Part shown: positions 7,580 through 15,575 of the stretch, piece after piece
How the letters are laid out: every line of letters begins with the position of its first letter
How positions within the stretch are numbered: position 1 is the stretch's first letter
Source of the DNA: Candidatus Micrarchaeia archaeon
GTDB lineage: Archaea > Micrarchaeota > Micrarchaeia > CAILAH01
Direction of reading: 5' to 3'
Assembly (NCBI GenBank): GCA_038740245.1
Contig: JAVYLZ010000002.1
Location: forward strand, 39,399-56,145
Length of the DNA: 16,747 nucleotides
Translations under genes and position numbers: made by a program
Notes under the pieces: generated by a model
Seen by the model: the letters and a program-made list of their open reading frames with translations, nothing else
The model's database searches: none
What the model was told of the DNA's origin: nothing

Positions 7580-9168
7580 AGAGGGGGTTCGCACTCACAC
7601 TTTCAGTAATCATACTTCTCATGTTCCTGGTGCTCATACTTACAGTTGAGTCGCAGAGGATTGCGGTGGATGAGCAGACACGTTCAATGCACGCGCGGCT
7701 CACAGCCACATCGGCGCTTTTCTCGGACATTGATTCCCCGGCGCTTGATTACTCGCTTGAACGGCTTGCCAAGCGCTCGCTTTACGATATAGACATGGAG
7801 GTAATAAACGGGACAGGCAAGTACACAAAGGACTGGGCGGGCGAGAAGAAGATAGGCGGGCCGAACGGTCTTCTGTGCAAGAATTTCACGGGCAAGTTTA
7901 AGGGATACCTTGAATCGCTGAGGGCGCGTGCGCAGGATGCGGGCCTTGACCTTGCATATACCGAGCCCACCTGCGATTCATACCTGAGCGGGCCGTTCAC
8001 CGCCAACATTTCAACGGGCACGGTGATAACCGTTTCCGGGAACGGCGTGTACGCAAACAAGACGCTCGCGCGCGACATATCATTCTCAATTGAAGGGCTT
8101 TACGACCCCATGCTTGCACTTGAGTCCAGGGAGGAGTATGACAAGGGCAGGGTGCTGAGGCCAGTGATTGAGTATTCAGTCCCGCTCTGGAACGAAAGCG
8201 ATGATGAGTGGTCGCTTACGCCGGATGATACGGTGACGGCGCATTACGGGCAGGGCTGGGTGTACGGCGAGGTTATAACCTCTGCAGATGCACTTAAGGC
8301 AGATCCTTCAACATGGGGCCTCTACATACTTTTCGTACCCGGCTCTGACGCGCTTTCATTGTGGAGTGCGTCAAACCTGACAAAGTTCAGGGGCGTGATA
8401 CTCCGCGCGCAATCCGCACAGCCGACAGTGCAGAAAGACCAGATAGTCCCCGGCATTAAGAACGGGCTTGCGTGCGAGTTCCACATGGATATTGAAAGAT
8501 GGGATGAGGATGCAACGTGCATCGGGTGCGGCATATACATTTACGGAAAAGGCCTTACCCCCACAAGCGAATGCGAGGTTGACAAGAGCAAGATGACGCC
8601 GGGCATACTGTTTGAGCGTCACGGCAATAACTATTACTGGTACCAGCCGGGCACGGGCATACAGCTTGGCGGCGTGCCGTTTGCGGTGGTATCCGGCAGC
8701 TTAAGCACCGGCGATAAAGTGCTCATAACTGCACCTGCGGGTGCCGGCATACCGGTGCACAAGAATATGCATGTTTATGACATGGAGGAGTCACGCGGCG
8801 CGGTGCTATGCGGCAACTATTTCGCGCTCGGCAGCTATTATTCCGGCGGCGACCCATTGATTCCTGAACAGCTTTACGGACCGGACTTTTTCCAGAGGCT
8901 TGAGGGGGATATCAGCAGCACTTCCAAGTATGGCATACAGACCTTTGTGGTGGGCAACTGGGCCAAAAAGGAATATTCAAAGCTTGACTGGCAGTATTAC
9001 GGCAAAAAAGAAGGCATTCCCGTTAAGGGCATGCCTTCCTGCCTTGATGAGAAGATGTGCACTGAGCGTGATGACGACCAGATATACATCGGCAGGTTCA
9101 GGATAAATGATGATGATAGCGACCTGCTGGACGCATACGGCTTCAGCGATATATTATACGAGGAGTGA
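7576..9168 (+). CDS. Large (530 aa) pilin-like, putative adhesin with class III signal peptide
   Basis: MKRG/FALTLSVIILLMFLVLIL, followed by a long Gly/Tyr/Cys-rich predicted extracellular region. ATGA overlap with the upstream gene. Confidence 0.72.
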   Translation: MKRGFALTLSVIILLMFLVLILTVESQRIAVDEQTRSMHARLTATSALFSDIDSPALDYSLERLAKRSLYDIDMEVINGTGKYTKDWAGEKKIGGPNGLLCKNFTGKFKGYLESLRARAQDAGLDLAYTEPTCDSYLSGPFTANISTGTVITVSGNGVYANKTLARDISFSIEGLYDPMLALESREEYDKGRVLRPVIEYSVPLWNESDDEWSLTPDDTVTAHYGQGWVYGEVITSADALKADPSTWGLYILFVPGSDALSLWSASNLTKFRGVILRAQSAQPTVQKDQIVPGIKNGLACEFHMDIERWDEDATCIGCGIYIYGKGLTPTSECEVDKSKMTPGILFERHGNNYYWYQPGTGIQLGGVPFAVVSGSLSTGDKVLITAPAGAGIPVHKNMHVYDMEESRGAVLCGNYFALGSYYSGGDPLIPEQLYGPDFFQRLEGDISSTSKYGIQTFVVGNWAKKEYSKLDWQYYGKKEGIPVKGMPSCLDEKMCTERDDDQIYIGRFRINDDDSDLLDAYGFSDILYEE

Positions 9169-9638
9169 GATGGATGAATGCTGGCGAGCACGGGCAATGG
9201 GGGGCGATGCAGCCGTACCCCAACCATTTGCGCGGGCAGTCAAGCGTTGAGTTCCTTGCCGTAGTTGCACTGCTCCTGCTGCTTGTAGTGCCGGTATTCC
9301 TGTACTTTTACTGGGAGGCCCCGCAGCGGGACTATTATGCAAGTGCAGTGCAGGCCGAATCCTGCGCCGATGAGATAGCAAAATACGGCGAGCTTGTGGG
9401 TGTGCAGGGCAACGGCACAAAAGTATCACGCATAATAGTGGTCCCAAAGTATGCCGAGAGGATAGAGCTTAACGGCAGCCACGTTATGGTGCGGGTCTCC
9501 TATGCCGGCATGAGTTCGGACATAGTGCGTGTTGGCCCTGTAAACTTTAGCAGCACGCAGCTTAGCCTTTCAGGAGGCGCATACGCGCTGGTGTTTGAGA
9601 ACAGGGACGGTGTTGTTTATGTATCAGCAAGCCAGTAA
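9165..9638 (+). CDS. Class III signal peptide pilin-like protein
   Basis: LRG/QSSVEFLAVVALLLLLVV with Q+1 and E+5. Start is either GTG 9165 (GTGA overlap) or ATG 9207. Confidence 0.82.
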   Translation: MRWMNAGEHGQWGAMQPYPNHLRGQSSVEFLAVVALLLLLVVPVFLYFYWEAPQRDYYASAVQAESCADEIAKYGELVGVQGNGTKVSRIIVVPKYAERIELNGSHVMVRVSYAGMSSDIVRVGPVNFSSTQLSLSGGAYALVFENRDGVVYVSASQ

Positions 9639-10074
9639 AAGCACATTCATTAGGCCGCAGAAGCGCGGCCAGACCGCAGTTGAGTTCCTTTCCTACTTTA
9701 TGGTATTCCTGCTCATAGCGGCGGCATTCTCATCGTTTATGTTTTCAACATCAAACCAGGAGCTTTCAAGGCGCTCGCAGGAGCGGTTCAGGTCAATGGC
9801 GCTTTATGTTTCACAGGGGGTTGTTGATGCGGACAGGCTTGCCTCCAGCGCGGATTACGCGATGGTGAACATAACAATCCCGACCGTGGTACGCGGCACG
9901 CCAATAACTATTGAGGGCGACGGCGGACAGGGCATCATAGTTGCAAACACTACAGACCCAACGTACGGTGATGTAAGGTATTACATCCGCACAGGCAGGT
10001 TCACATCTGACGTATGCATGCTGGCGCAGGATACTGTAACTGTTGCAAGCGAGGGGAAGGGGGTATGTCCATGA
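9619..10074 (+). CDS. Class III signal peptide pilin-like protein
   Basis: KRG/QTAVEFLSYFMVFLLIAAAF with Q+1 and E+5. The ORF track starts at TTG 9595; the in-frame ATG at 9619 is preferred. Confidence 0.82.
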   Translation: MYQQASKSTFIRPQKRGQTAVEFLSYFMVFLLIAAAFSSFMFSTSNQELSRRSQERFRSMALYVSQGVVDADRLASSADYAMVNITIPTVVRGTPITIEGDGGQGIIVANTTDPTYGDVRYYIRTGRFTSDVCMLAQDTVTVASEGKGVCP

Positions 10075-10580
10075 TGCGGGCGGCTAACTGCAGGGCAGTT
10101 TGGGGCGCAATGCAGGCGGATGGTGCGCGCGGTTCCCATAGGGGCCAGGCGCTTTCATACGACGCAATAGGCGGCGTTGTGATATTCGCGATAGCGATAG
10201 GCATACTTTTTGCATACTGGTCCTCAATGAGCGCTTCATTCTCTGACGAGGATGCGATGCTGGTGCTTGAGGCCAATACTGCAATAGACCGCATCCTTTC
10301 AAAGGATATGCTGCTCTCAAATGAATATGAAATCAACAAGACCCGCCTCACATCCTGCGATATAGATAAAGATGCGGCGGGCCTTGCGCACGATTATTTC
10401 TTTGCGCTTGCCAAGCAGGAAGGTGGCACGCTGGTCCCCATAGGGCAACAGTGCAGCAGCAGGGATATTGATGGCAAGCCATATCCCCCGCAAAACCCGC
10501 GTAAAATTGTGCGCAGTGAGCGCATAGTGTTTTATGATGGCGAGCCCGCTAAGGCCGTGCTTGCGGTGTACATAGAGTAA
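10071..10580 (+). CDS. Class III signal peptide pilin-like protein
   Basis: HRG/QALSYDAIGGVVIFAIAIGILF. The ORF track starts at 10014; ATG 10071 (ATGA overlap with the previous stop) or ATG 10110 is more plausible. Confidence 0.78.
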   Translation: MMRAANCRAVWGAMQADGARGSHRGQALSYDAIGGVVIFAIAIGILFAYWSSMSASFSDEDAMLVLEANTAIDRILSKDMLLSNEYEINKTRLTSCDIDKDAAGLAHDYFFALAKQEGGTLVPIGQQCSSRDIDGKPYPPQNPRKIVRSERIVFYDGEPAKAVLAVYIE

Positions 10581-10608
10581 CGCGGCTGTTGAAGAATGCG
10601 CGCCTGAA

Positions 10609-10935
10609 TTATCGTGCCAGTTTTCTGGCTTTTTGCGGCGCGGCCCGCCTCTCTGCGCTCTTTTGTGCAATCTGGTTCCTGTTCCTGCCCTTAACCTGAA
10701 GGTCGGCAACGTACAGCTCAAGCTCCGAAGCGGCAGCAGCCGCATCGTCCGGATCATACCCAGATGACTTGACAAGCGAATCAAATTCTTCCTTGTTCTG
10801 CTGCCTTGCCCTGGCAACATCCACCAAGAATGAGGAAGGCACGTCTTTCACTTTATCGCGTATGTTCTCCTTTTTTCCTATAAGGCGTGACATGACGCGC
10901 TTGAACTTTTTTGCAAGGCCGGCAACGAGTGCCAT
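10609..10935 (-). CDS. Hypothetical small basic helical protein
   Basis: 108-aa ORF that fills the gap between the pilin operon and the peptidase. Basic termini and an acidic middle; no family recognised. Confidence 0.65.
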   Translation of the reverse strand: MALVAGLAKKFKRVMSRLIGKKENIRDKVKDVPSSFLVDVARARQQNKEEFDSLVKSSGYDPDDAAAAASELELYVADLQVKGRNRNQIAQKSAERRAAPQKARKLAR

Positions 10936-11018
10936 GAGATAGCTATGTTTCTAAAGCTTAAAAATGAGCAGGAACGTTACAATCCGGCCGGTTAACTCAC
11001 ACCGCTGGAATTGGCAAC

Positions 11019-11939
11019 TCAAGCCCCCAGAATATGCACACGGTCTATGTCCACACGTTTCAGGAATACTGCGAAACAGCCGACTAAAAGCGAGGCGGGC
11101 ACCTTGGCCCACTGCAACTGCGGCGGCAGCACCAAGTATAGCATTGCCAGCGAGACAAGCATTGCAATGCCCGCAAGTGCATATGCCCGCCGCACCCACC
11201 CCTGCACAAGCAAGGTGATAATTGCGAGTCCCGGCAGGTAAATGCACATAAACGTTGCAAATGAATTGAGGACGAGCAGCGAGCCATAGTCCGCGAGCGT
11301 AACCCCGAACCCTCCACTTACTACAAATGCAAACGCAATAAATGCGATGCACACCAGCGTAAACACGGGCGCGCTGCGCGCAAAAGAGAGCATGCTCGCA
11401 ATGTCCCCCGTGCTTGCAGCCGCACCCGGCACTGTGATTGCCATAAGGTATACAAGGAGGAAGTCAAGCGGGCTGTCAAGCCTGAATATGTCCGCCATAA
11501 GCACAGCAAATTTGCCCACAAAGTTCTCATTAAGCGCGAACGCAAGTGGCTGGTAGCCGCCGGCAACCAGCGCAATTGCAAGAAAGAGGAGCGGCAGTGC
11601 AAGGCCCGGCCCGAAACCCATAACAAGCACGGACACGAACCCGAATATGTTCTTATCAAATGACACTGAGACGTGGCCCTCGCTTGCCCCAAGCAGCACA
11701 CCTCTCACGCGGCTTCCGCTCAGCACTGCGGGAATAAGATGGCCGAAGACCTCGTGCAGGAAGACGGCGGGCACCCCAAACAGGTTGCCTAAAAGCGGGA
11801 TTCTTGAGAGCCGCGCATGGTTGACGGATGCAATGCGCATTAGGAGATGCTGTGTGCCCGCGGCAATAACAAAGAGTGCGGCCAGCCGCACAAGCGATTC
11901 AATCACAGGGAACAACTCAGCACAAAATGATAAAAACAA
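11019..11939 (-). CDS. Intramembrane zinc metallopeptidase-like protein (M50/M50B-like)
   Basis: Polytopic membrane protein with FLHEVFGHLIPAVLSG, a later GFGP (equivalent to AGP) and ASTGD (candidate third ligand Asp). The start may be GTG 11906. Confidence 0.65.
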   Translation of the reverse strand: MFLSFCAELFPVIESLVRLAALFVIAAGTQHLLMRIASVNHARLSRIPLLGNLFGVPAVFLHEVFGHLIPAVLSGSRVRGVLLGASEGHVSVSFDKNIFGFVSVLVMGFGPGLALPLLFLAIALVAGGYQPLAFALNENFVGKFAVLMADIFRLDSPLDFLLVYLMAITVPGAAASTGDIASMLSFARSAPVFTLVCIAFIAFAFVVSGGFGVTLADYGSLLVLNSFATFMCIYLPGLAIITLLVQGWVRRAYALAGIAMLVSLAMLYLVLPPQLQWAKVPASLLVGCFAVFLKRVDIDRVHILGA

Positions 11940-11992
11940 GCAGTGATGCTATGCAGTGAGTGCCGGCAAAAATCAGGGAATGCACAGGCGCT

Positions 11993-12220
11993 TTACCTGT
12001 TATACTTGCTCATTGCCTGCCGCTTCTTTTTCTCAAATATTTTCCTGTGCTTTGCGCAGCTTATGCAGTAGTACACTTTCCTGAAGTCGGTGAAGCTGAC
12101 ATCATCGCCTGTTCTGAGCTCAGTTGAGTATGAAACCCTCTTGTTGTCCTGCACTGCCTTGCTCCTAGGCACACTGCGCCCGCATGAGCCACAAGAAACC
12201 AATGGATCCTTTCCTCTCAC
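11993..12220 (-). CDS. rps26e: 30S ribosomal protein eS26 (S26e)
   Basis: VSCGSCGRSVPRSKAV ... YYCISCAKHRKI matches the eS26 zinc-finger pattern CxxC...YCxSCAxH. GTG start with a GGGGG SD-like run. Confidence 0.85.
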   Translation of the reverse strand: MRGKDPLVSCGSCGRSVPRSKAVQDNKRVSYSTELRTGDDVSFTDFRKVYYCISCAKHRKIFEKKKRQAMSKYNR

Positions 12221-12233
12221 AAAATAACCCCCG

Positions 12234-12896
12234 CTATTTTATCCGTATGCCGTTAAGCAGGTATATTCTTGCGGACTTCCTTATAAATATATCTTCCCGC
12301 ATAAGCGGGCCGAGCGTATCCTCACCGGAACCGTAAGGCGGCCCTGCGCAAAATGAGGGCATCAATACAGCCCCGATGCCTTTCCGTATCCTTGCCCTCT
12401 CCCCGTAATGCCCCCTTAGCCCGCCAGTGCTAAGCTTGCCAACCACCCACACCTTCTCTGCATATTTGAATTCCTTTCCAAACACCATTTTGGGGTGCGA
12501 GTGCCCCATAATAATGGTGCCACACCTGAGCAATTCTTCCGCGGGCCACGCATGGCCGTGCAGCGCACCCAGCCCGTCAAAAATCCCGCCACCAGGTCCG
12601 TAAACCGTGCAGTATGCGCTGTATTTCTCAAGGTTGCCGTCGTGGTTGCCCTTTGTTATGTGCAGGTCAAACTCCTTGCCGAGCGCACGGATGAGCTTGC
12701 CCGCCTCCGGCTCGGTGCCAGTATACCCTGCCTTAATGTCCCCCAGCATAAGCAGCTTTTTCTTTTGTTCTGAGTGCATAATGCCCCGTATCACTTCCGC
12801 AGTGGCCAGATAGCCCGGCGAGCCGCGGCTGCCCAAATGTATGTCTGATATGATGAGCCAGCCCTTCCACACGGCCACCGGCTCGCCCCAAATCAT
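12234..12896 (-). CDS. Calcineurin-like (ICC-like) metallophosphoesterase
   Basis: Motifs SDIHLG, LGD, GNHD, HGH, GHSHP and MPSF. The ORF-track start at 12947 lies in the AT-rich promoter region; ATG 12896 is preferred. Confidence 0.88.
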   Translation of the reverse strand: MIWGEPVAVWKGWLIISDIHLGSRGSPGYLATAEVIRGIMHSEQKKKLLMLGDIKAGYTGTEPEAGKLIRALGKEFDLHITKGNHDGNLEKYSAYCTVYGPGGGIFDGLGALHGHAWPAEELLRCGTIIMGHSHPKMVFGKEFKYAEKVWVVGKLSTGGLRGHYGERARIRKGIGAVLMPSFCAGPPYGSGEDTLGPLMREDIFIRKSARIYLLNGIRIK

Positions 12897-12958
12897 CCTT
12901 AATGCCACGAATATAATACTCAGAAATGTTTTTATATTAATTATCACATAAAATATGC
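12897..12958. promoter_or_regulatory. AT-rich divergent promoter region (phosphoesterase / RSH)
   Basis: TTTTTATATTAA at 12929-12940, about 20-30 nt upstream of the RSH ATG. No SD is visible, consistent with a leaderless transcript. Confidence 0.5.
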
Positions 12959-14449
12959 ATGGGGCAACTTAAGGGGCTGAACCCAGAGCTGCTTAGGAAG
13001 GACGTGGAGCGCGCTAAGGACATATTCCATAAAAGGAGCTTTTCAAGGGTGCTTGTTGACCACCATCTTAACCTGTATTTCACGCTCAGCTCTATGCTCA
13101 ACCACGTTTCATTAAACAGGGATGCAGGAAGGGACAGCAGGGCGCTCCTGAACCTTGCACTTTACCACAACAATTTCCATCCCAAGTCACTGCCGGCCGA
13201 GCTGAGGCCCGACTTATCGGAGCTGCTCCAGCAGTTCCTTGAGCTTAAGAAAGTGGATGAGAACTACCACACCAGCGTGTCCAAGTACGCAGATTACATT
13301 TCCAATAACCTCCCGCTGTTCATTTTCAGGATGATTGACCTCTCGCTGCTGCCGCTTAACAGGGATGTAATGGTAAGGGTGTTTGGGTACAACAGCTCAA
13401 AGGTTGACAGGGAGATTGAAAATATCGCGCACGCAATGTTTTACATATATGCACCCGTTGCAGACATATTCAAGCAGGCACAGCTGTGCGCGCGCCTGAA
13501 GGACAATTCCACAGAAGTCCTTTACCCGTTATTCCATTCCGAAATAAAGAAGTTTATGGCTGAGAATATTCAGAACCTAATGGATTCACAGCGCGCACTT
13601 TCAATAAAGCTTTCGGATATCATAATGGGGGCGTCGCTTTTTGACGGTGCCTCCTTTGTGGAAATCGGAGACGGCGAGCACCCGCACCTGAAAAGCCGTA
13701 TAAAGTCAACGGGCAGCATAGTTGCAAAAATGATAAGCCGCGATATGAAGCCAAGCGACGTCCGCGAGCTGCACGACCTTGTCGCATTCACAGTTGTCAC
13801 AAAGGACAGTGAGAGCTCGCAGAAGTTTGTTGAGCACCTTAAGGTGAACCTTGATTTGCCGAACTCTGCGATTGAGGACTTTCTGGACAGGCCGCGCAAG
13901 AACGGTTACCGCGCAATACACGTTGATGTGCCGTTCAACGGATTTTCAATAGAGGTGCAAATCCGCACAGAGGATGTGCACAGGGAATGCGAGGATGTGA
14001 ACGGTACGCTTGCGCACGGCATATACAAGAGCGGCCAGCTTCCGCCCTCAATACAGGAAAGGCTTTCAACAAGCAAGGATTTCATAAAGGAAGCATCGCC
14101 AGATCAAATAAAGCAGCGCGTGTTGCAGGAGAACCAGCCGCGCATATCGGTTTATGTAACGGTAGGGCAGAAGCGCAAGCTTATTGATTTGCCCCTCGGA
14201 GCGATTATGTTTGACTTGCTGGCGCAGGCTGTGCCAAACCCCCAGTCATATTGCGTGTGCTCGGCTGATTCCCCGGATAATAAGTATTCTGCGCTTGCGC
14301 TGGTCTCTCCGTCCAAGGAATACATAATCGTGGACTCAACGAACCCCCCGTCATGGCAGACCATAAAATCCATTGTGCCATCATGCAGGACAGATGAGGC
14401 AAGGATAGCGCTGCGCAAGCTCATCCGCGAAAAAAGGGATTGGGCCTGA
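12959..14449 (+). CDS. RelA/SpoT homologue (RSH): degenerate hydrolase region, (p)ppNpp synthetase domain, TGS-like domain and start of the helical domain
   Basis: SYNTH motifs SRIKSTGSIVAK, HDLVAF, EDFLDRPRKNGYRAIH, IEVQIRT and AHGIYK. Upstream IYAPVADIF...LKD...LYP resembles the long-RSH HD/linker. Downstream VYV...LPLGAIMFD (TGS) and RTDEARIALRK (helical domain). Confidence 0.88.
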   Translation: MGQLKGLNPELLRKDVERAKDIFHKRSFSRVLVDHHLNLYFTLSSMLNHVSLNRDAGRDSRALLNLALYHNNFHPKSLPAELRPDLSELLQQFLELKKVDENYHTSVSKYADYISNNLPLFIFRMIDLSLLPLNRDVMVRVFGYNSSKVDREIENIAHAMFYIYAPVADIFKQAQLCARLKDNSTEVLYPLFHSEIKKFMAENIQNLMDSQRALSIKLSDIIMGASLFDGASFVEIGDGEHPHLKSRIKSTGSIVAKMISRDMKPSDVRELHDLVAFTVVTKDSESSQKFVEHLKVNLDLPNSAIEDFLDRPRKNGYRAIHVDVPFNGFSIEVQIRTEDVHRECEDVNGTLAHGIYKSGQLPPSIQERLSTSKDFIKEASPDQIKQRVLQENQPRISVYVTVGQKRKLIDLPLGAIMFDLLAQAVPNPQSYCVCSADSPDNKYSALALVSPSKEYIIVDSTNPPSWQTIKSIVPSCRTDEARIALRKLIREKRDWA

Positions 14450-14451
14450 AG

Positions 14452-14595
14452 AGCCCCAGGGGAGATTTGAACTCCCGGCTTCGTCCTTTTTGTCCCATCC
14501 CAGAGGGGAATCAGGAATCAAGGAAAACTGAGGGGGATTTCTCCCCCTCGGTTGTCTTACCAAGGACGCACTCTACCAGGCTGAGTTACTGGAGC
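14452..14595 (-). tRNA. tRNA-Thr(GGU) with a 70-nt intron at canonical position 37/38 (14488-14557)
   Basis: Acceptor GCTCCAG/CTGGGGC plus U73; anticodon stem CGTCC/GGACG with loop TT-GGT-A[intron]A (anticodon 14559-14561); T-arm GGGAG-TTCAAAT-CTCCC. Spliced length 74 nt; CCA not encoded. Confidence 0.92.
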
Positions 14596-14619
14596 GCACA
14601 CCGATTTTAGGGCGGTTTG

Positions 14620-14635
14620 TTTTTTAATGTTTTAA
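14620..14635. promoter_or_regulatory. TATA-like element between divergent tRNA-Thr and dys
   Basis: TTTTTTAATGTTTTAA within a 55-bp gap; the first T/A run is about 25 nt from both the tRNA 5' end and the dys ATG. Confidence 0.45.
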
Positions 14636-14650
14636 GGGTAGAGCATACCC

Positions 14651-15574
14651 ATGGAAACCATACAGGGGTTTGACCTTGACAAGGTAAACTCATTTCCGGA
14701 GCTGCTGAAGGCATATTCAACACTGGGCATACAGGCATCAAACCTTTCGCTTGCAGATGAGATCCTCTGGGAGATGGTCAGGGACAAGCACAACACCATG
14801 TTTTTTGCGTTCACATCAAACGTGGCAAGCTCAGGCATGCGCGAGATTGCAGCCCAGTTCATACGCGACGCGCGCCCAAAGGTTATAATCACGACGGCCG
14901 GCGCAATTGAGGAGGACATAATGAAATCGCTGGGCGGCTTTTATTTGGGCTCATTTTATGTGAATGACAGCGAGCTCAGGGAACAAGGCATAAACCGCAT
15001 AGGCAACATATTCGTCCCGAGCGAGAGGTACGAGCAGCTTGAGGCGTACGTGAAACCCGTGCTCAAGCATCTTGACAATGGCACGCCCGTTTCCGTAAGC
15101 CAGCTCATAACAGGGCTTTCGCGCCCAATAAAGGACGAGGGCTCATTCCTGAAGGCGGCCCGTGACTCGGGTGCGCGGGTTTTTTGCCCCGCCATAACGG
15201 ACGGCGCGCTTGGGATGCAGCTGTATTTTTACAGGCAGCAGCACAGAAATTTCGTGCTTGACCAGCTCGCGGACATGAATGAGCTCGCACAAATAACGCT
15301 TAATGCCGAGAGGACCGGTGCGCTCATAATAGGCGGCGGCGTGGCCAAGCATTACACAATAGGAGTTAACCTGATGCGGGAGGGCCTTGACAGGGCCATA
15401 TACATCTCAACCGCACAGGAGCATGACGCATCGCTCAGCGGCGCATACCCGCGCGAAGCGGTGAGCTGGGGCAAAATCAAGTCATCCTCGCGGCACGTGC
15501 TCGTGAATGACGAGGCCTCAATCTCGTTCCCGCTGCTTGCACTTTCACTGCACCAGAAGCTCAGGGGCAAGTGA
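14651..15574 (+). CDS. dys: Deoxyhypusine synthase
   Basis: FTSNVASSGMRE, TTAGAIEED, GINRIGNI, CPAITDG, GGGVAKH, DASLSGA and EAVSWGKI (catalytic Lys). Confidence 0.96.
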   Translation: METIQGFDLDKVNSFPELLKAYSTLGIQASNLSLADEILWEMVRDKHNTMFFAFTSNVASSGMREIAAQFIRDARPKVIITTAGAIEEDIMKSLGGFYLGSFYVNDSELREQGINRIGNIFVPSERYEQLEAYVKPVLKHLDNGTPVSVSQLITGLSRPIKDEGSFLKAARDSGARVFCPAITDGALGMQLYFYRQQHRNFVLDQLADMNELAQITLNAERTGALIIGGGVAKHYTIGVNLMREGLDRAIYISTAQEHDASLSGAYPREAVSWGKIKSSSRHVLVNDEASISFPLLALSLHQKLRGK

Positions 15575-15575
15575 T

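Noticed and set aside
12234..12896. Phosphoesterase as the cognate alarmone hydrolase or antitoxin of the RSH
   Set aside because: It resembles a widespread archaeal ICC-like family and is co-oriented with eS26; divergent adjacency alone is insufficient support.
14515..14525. Alternative Ile(GAT) anticodon from the intron-internal TCC-TT-GAT
   Set aside because: The acceptor stem (G1-C72, C2-G71) and U73 indicate Thr, and I found no convincing splice motif that would bring the GAT into the anticodon loop.
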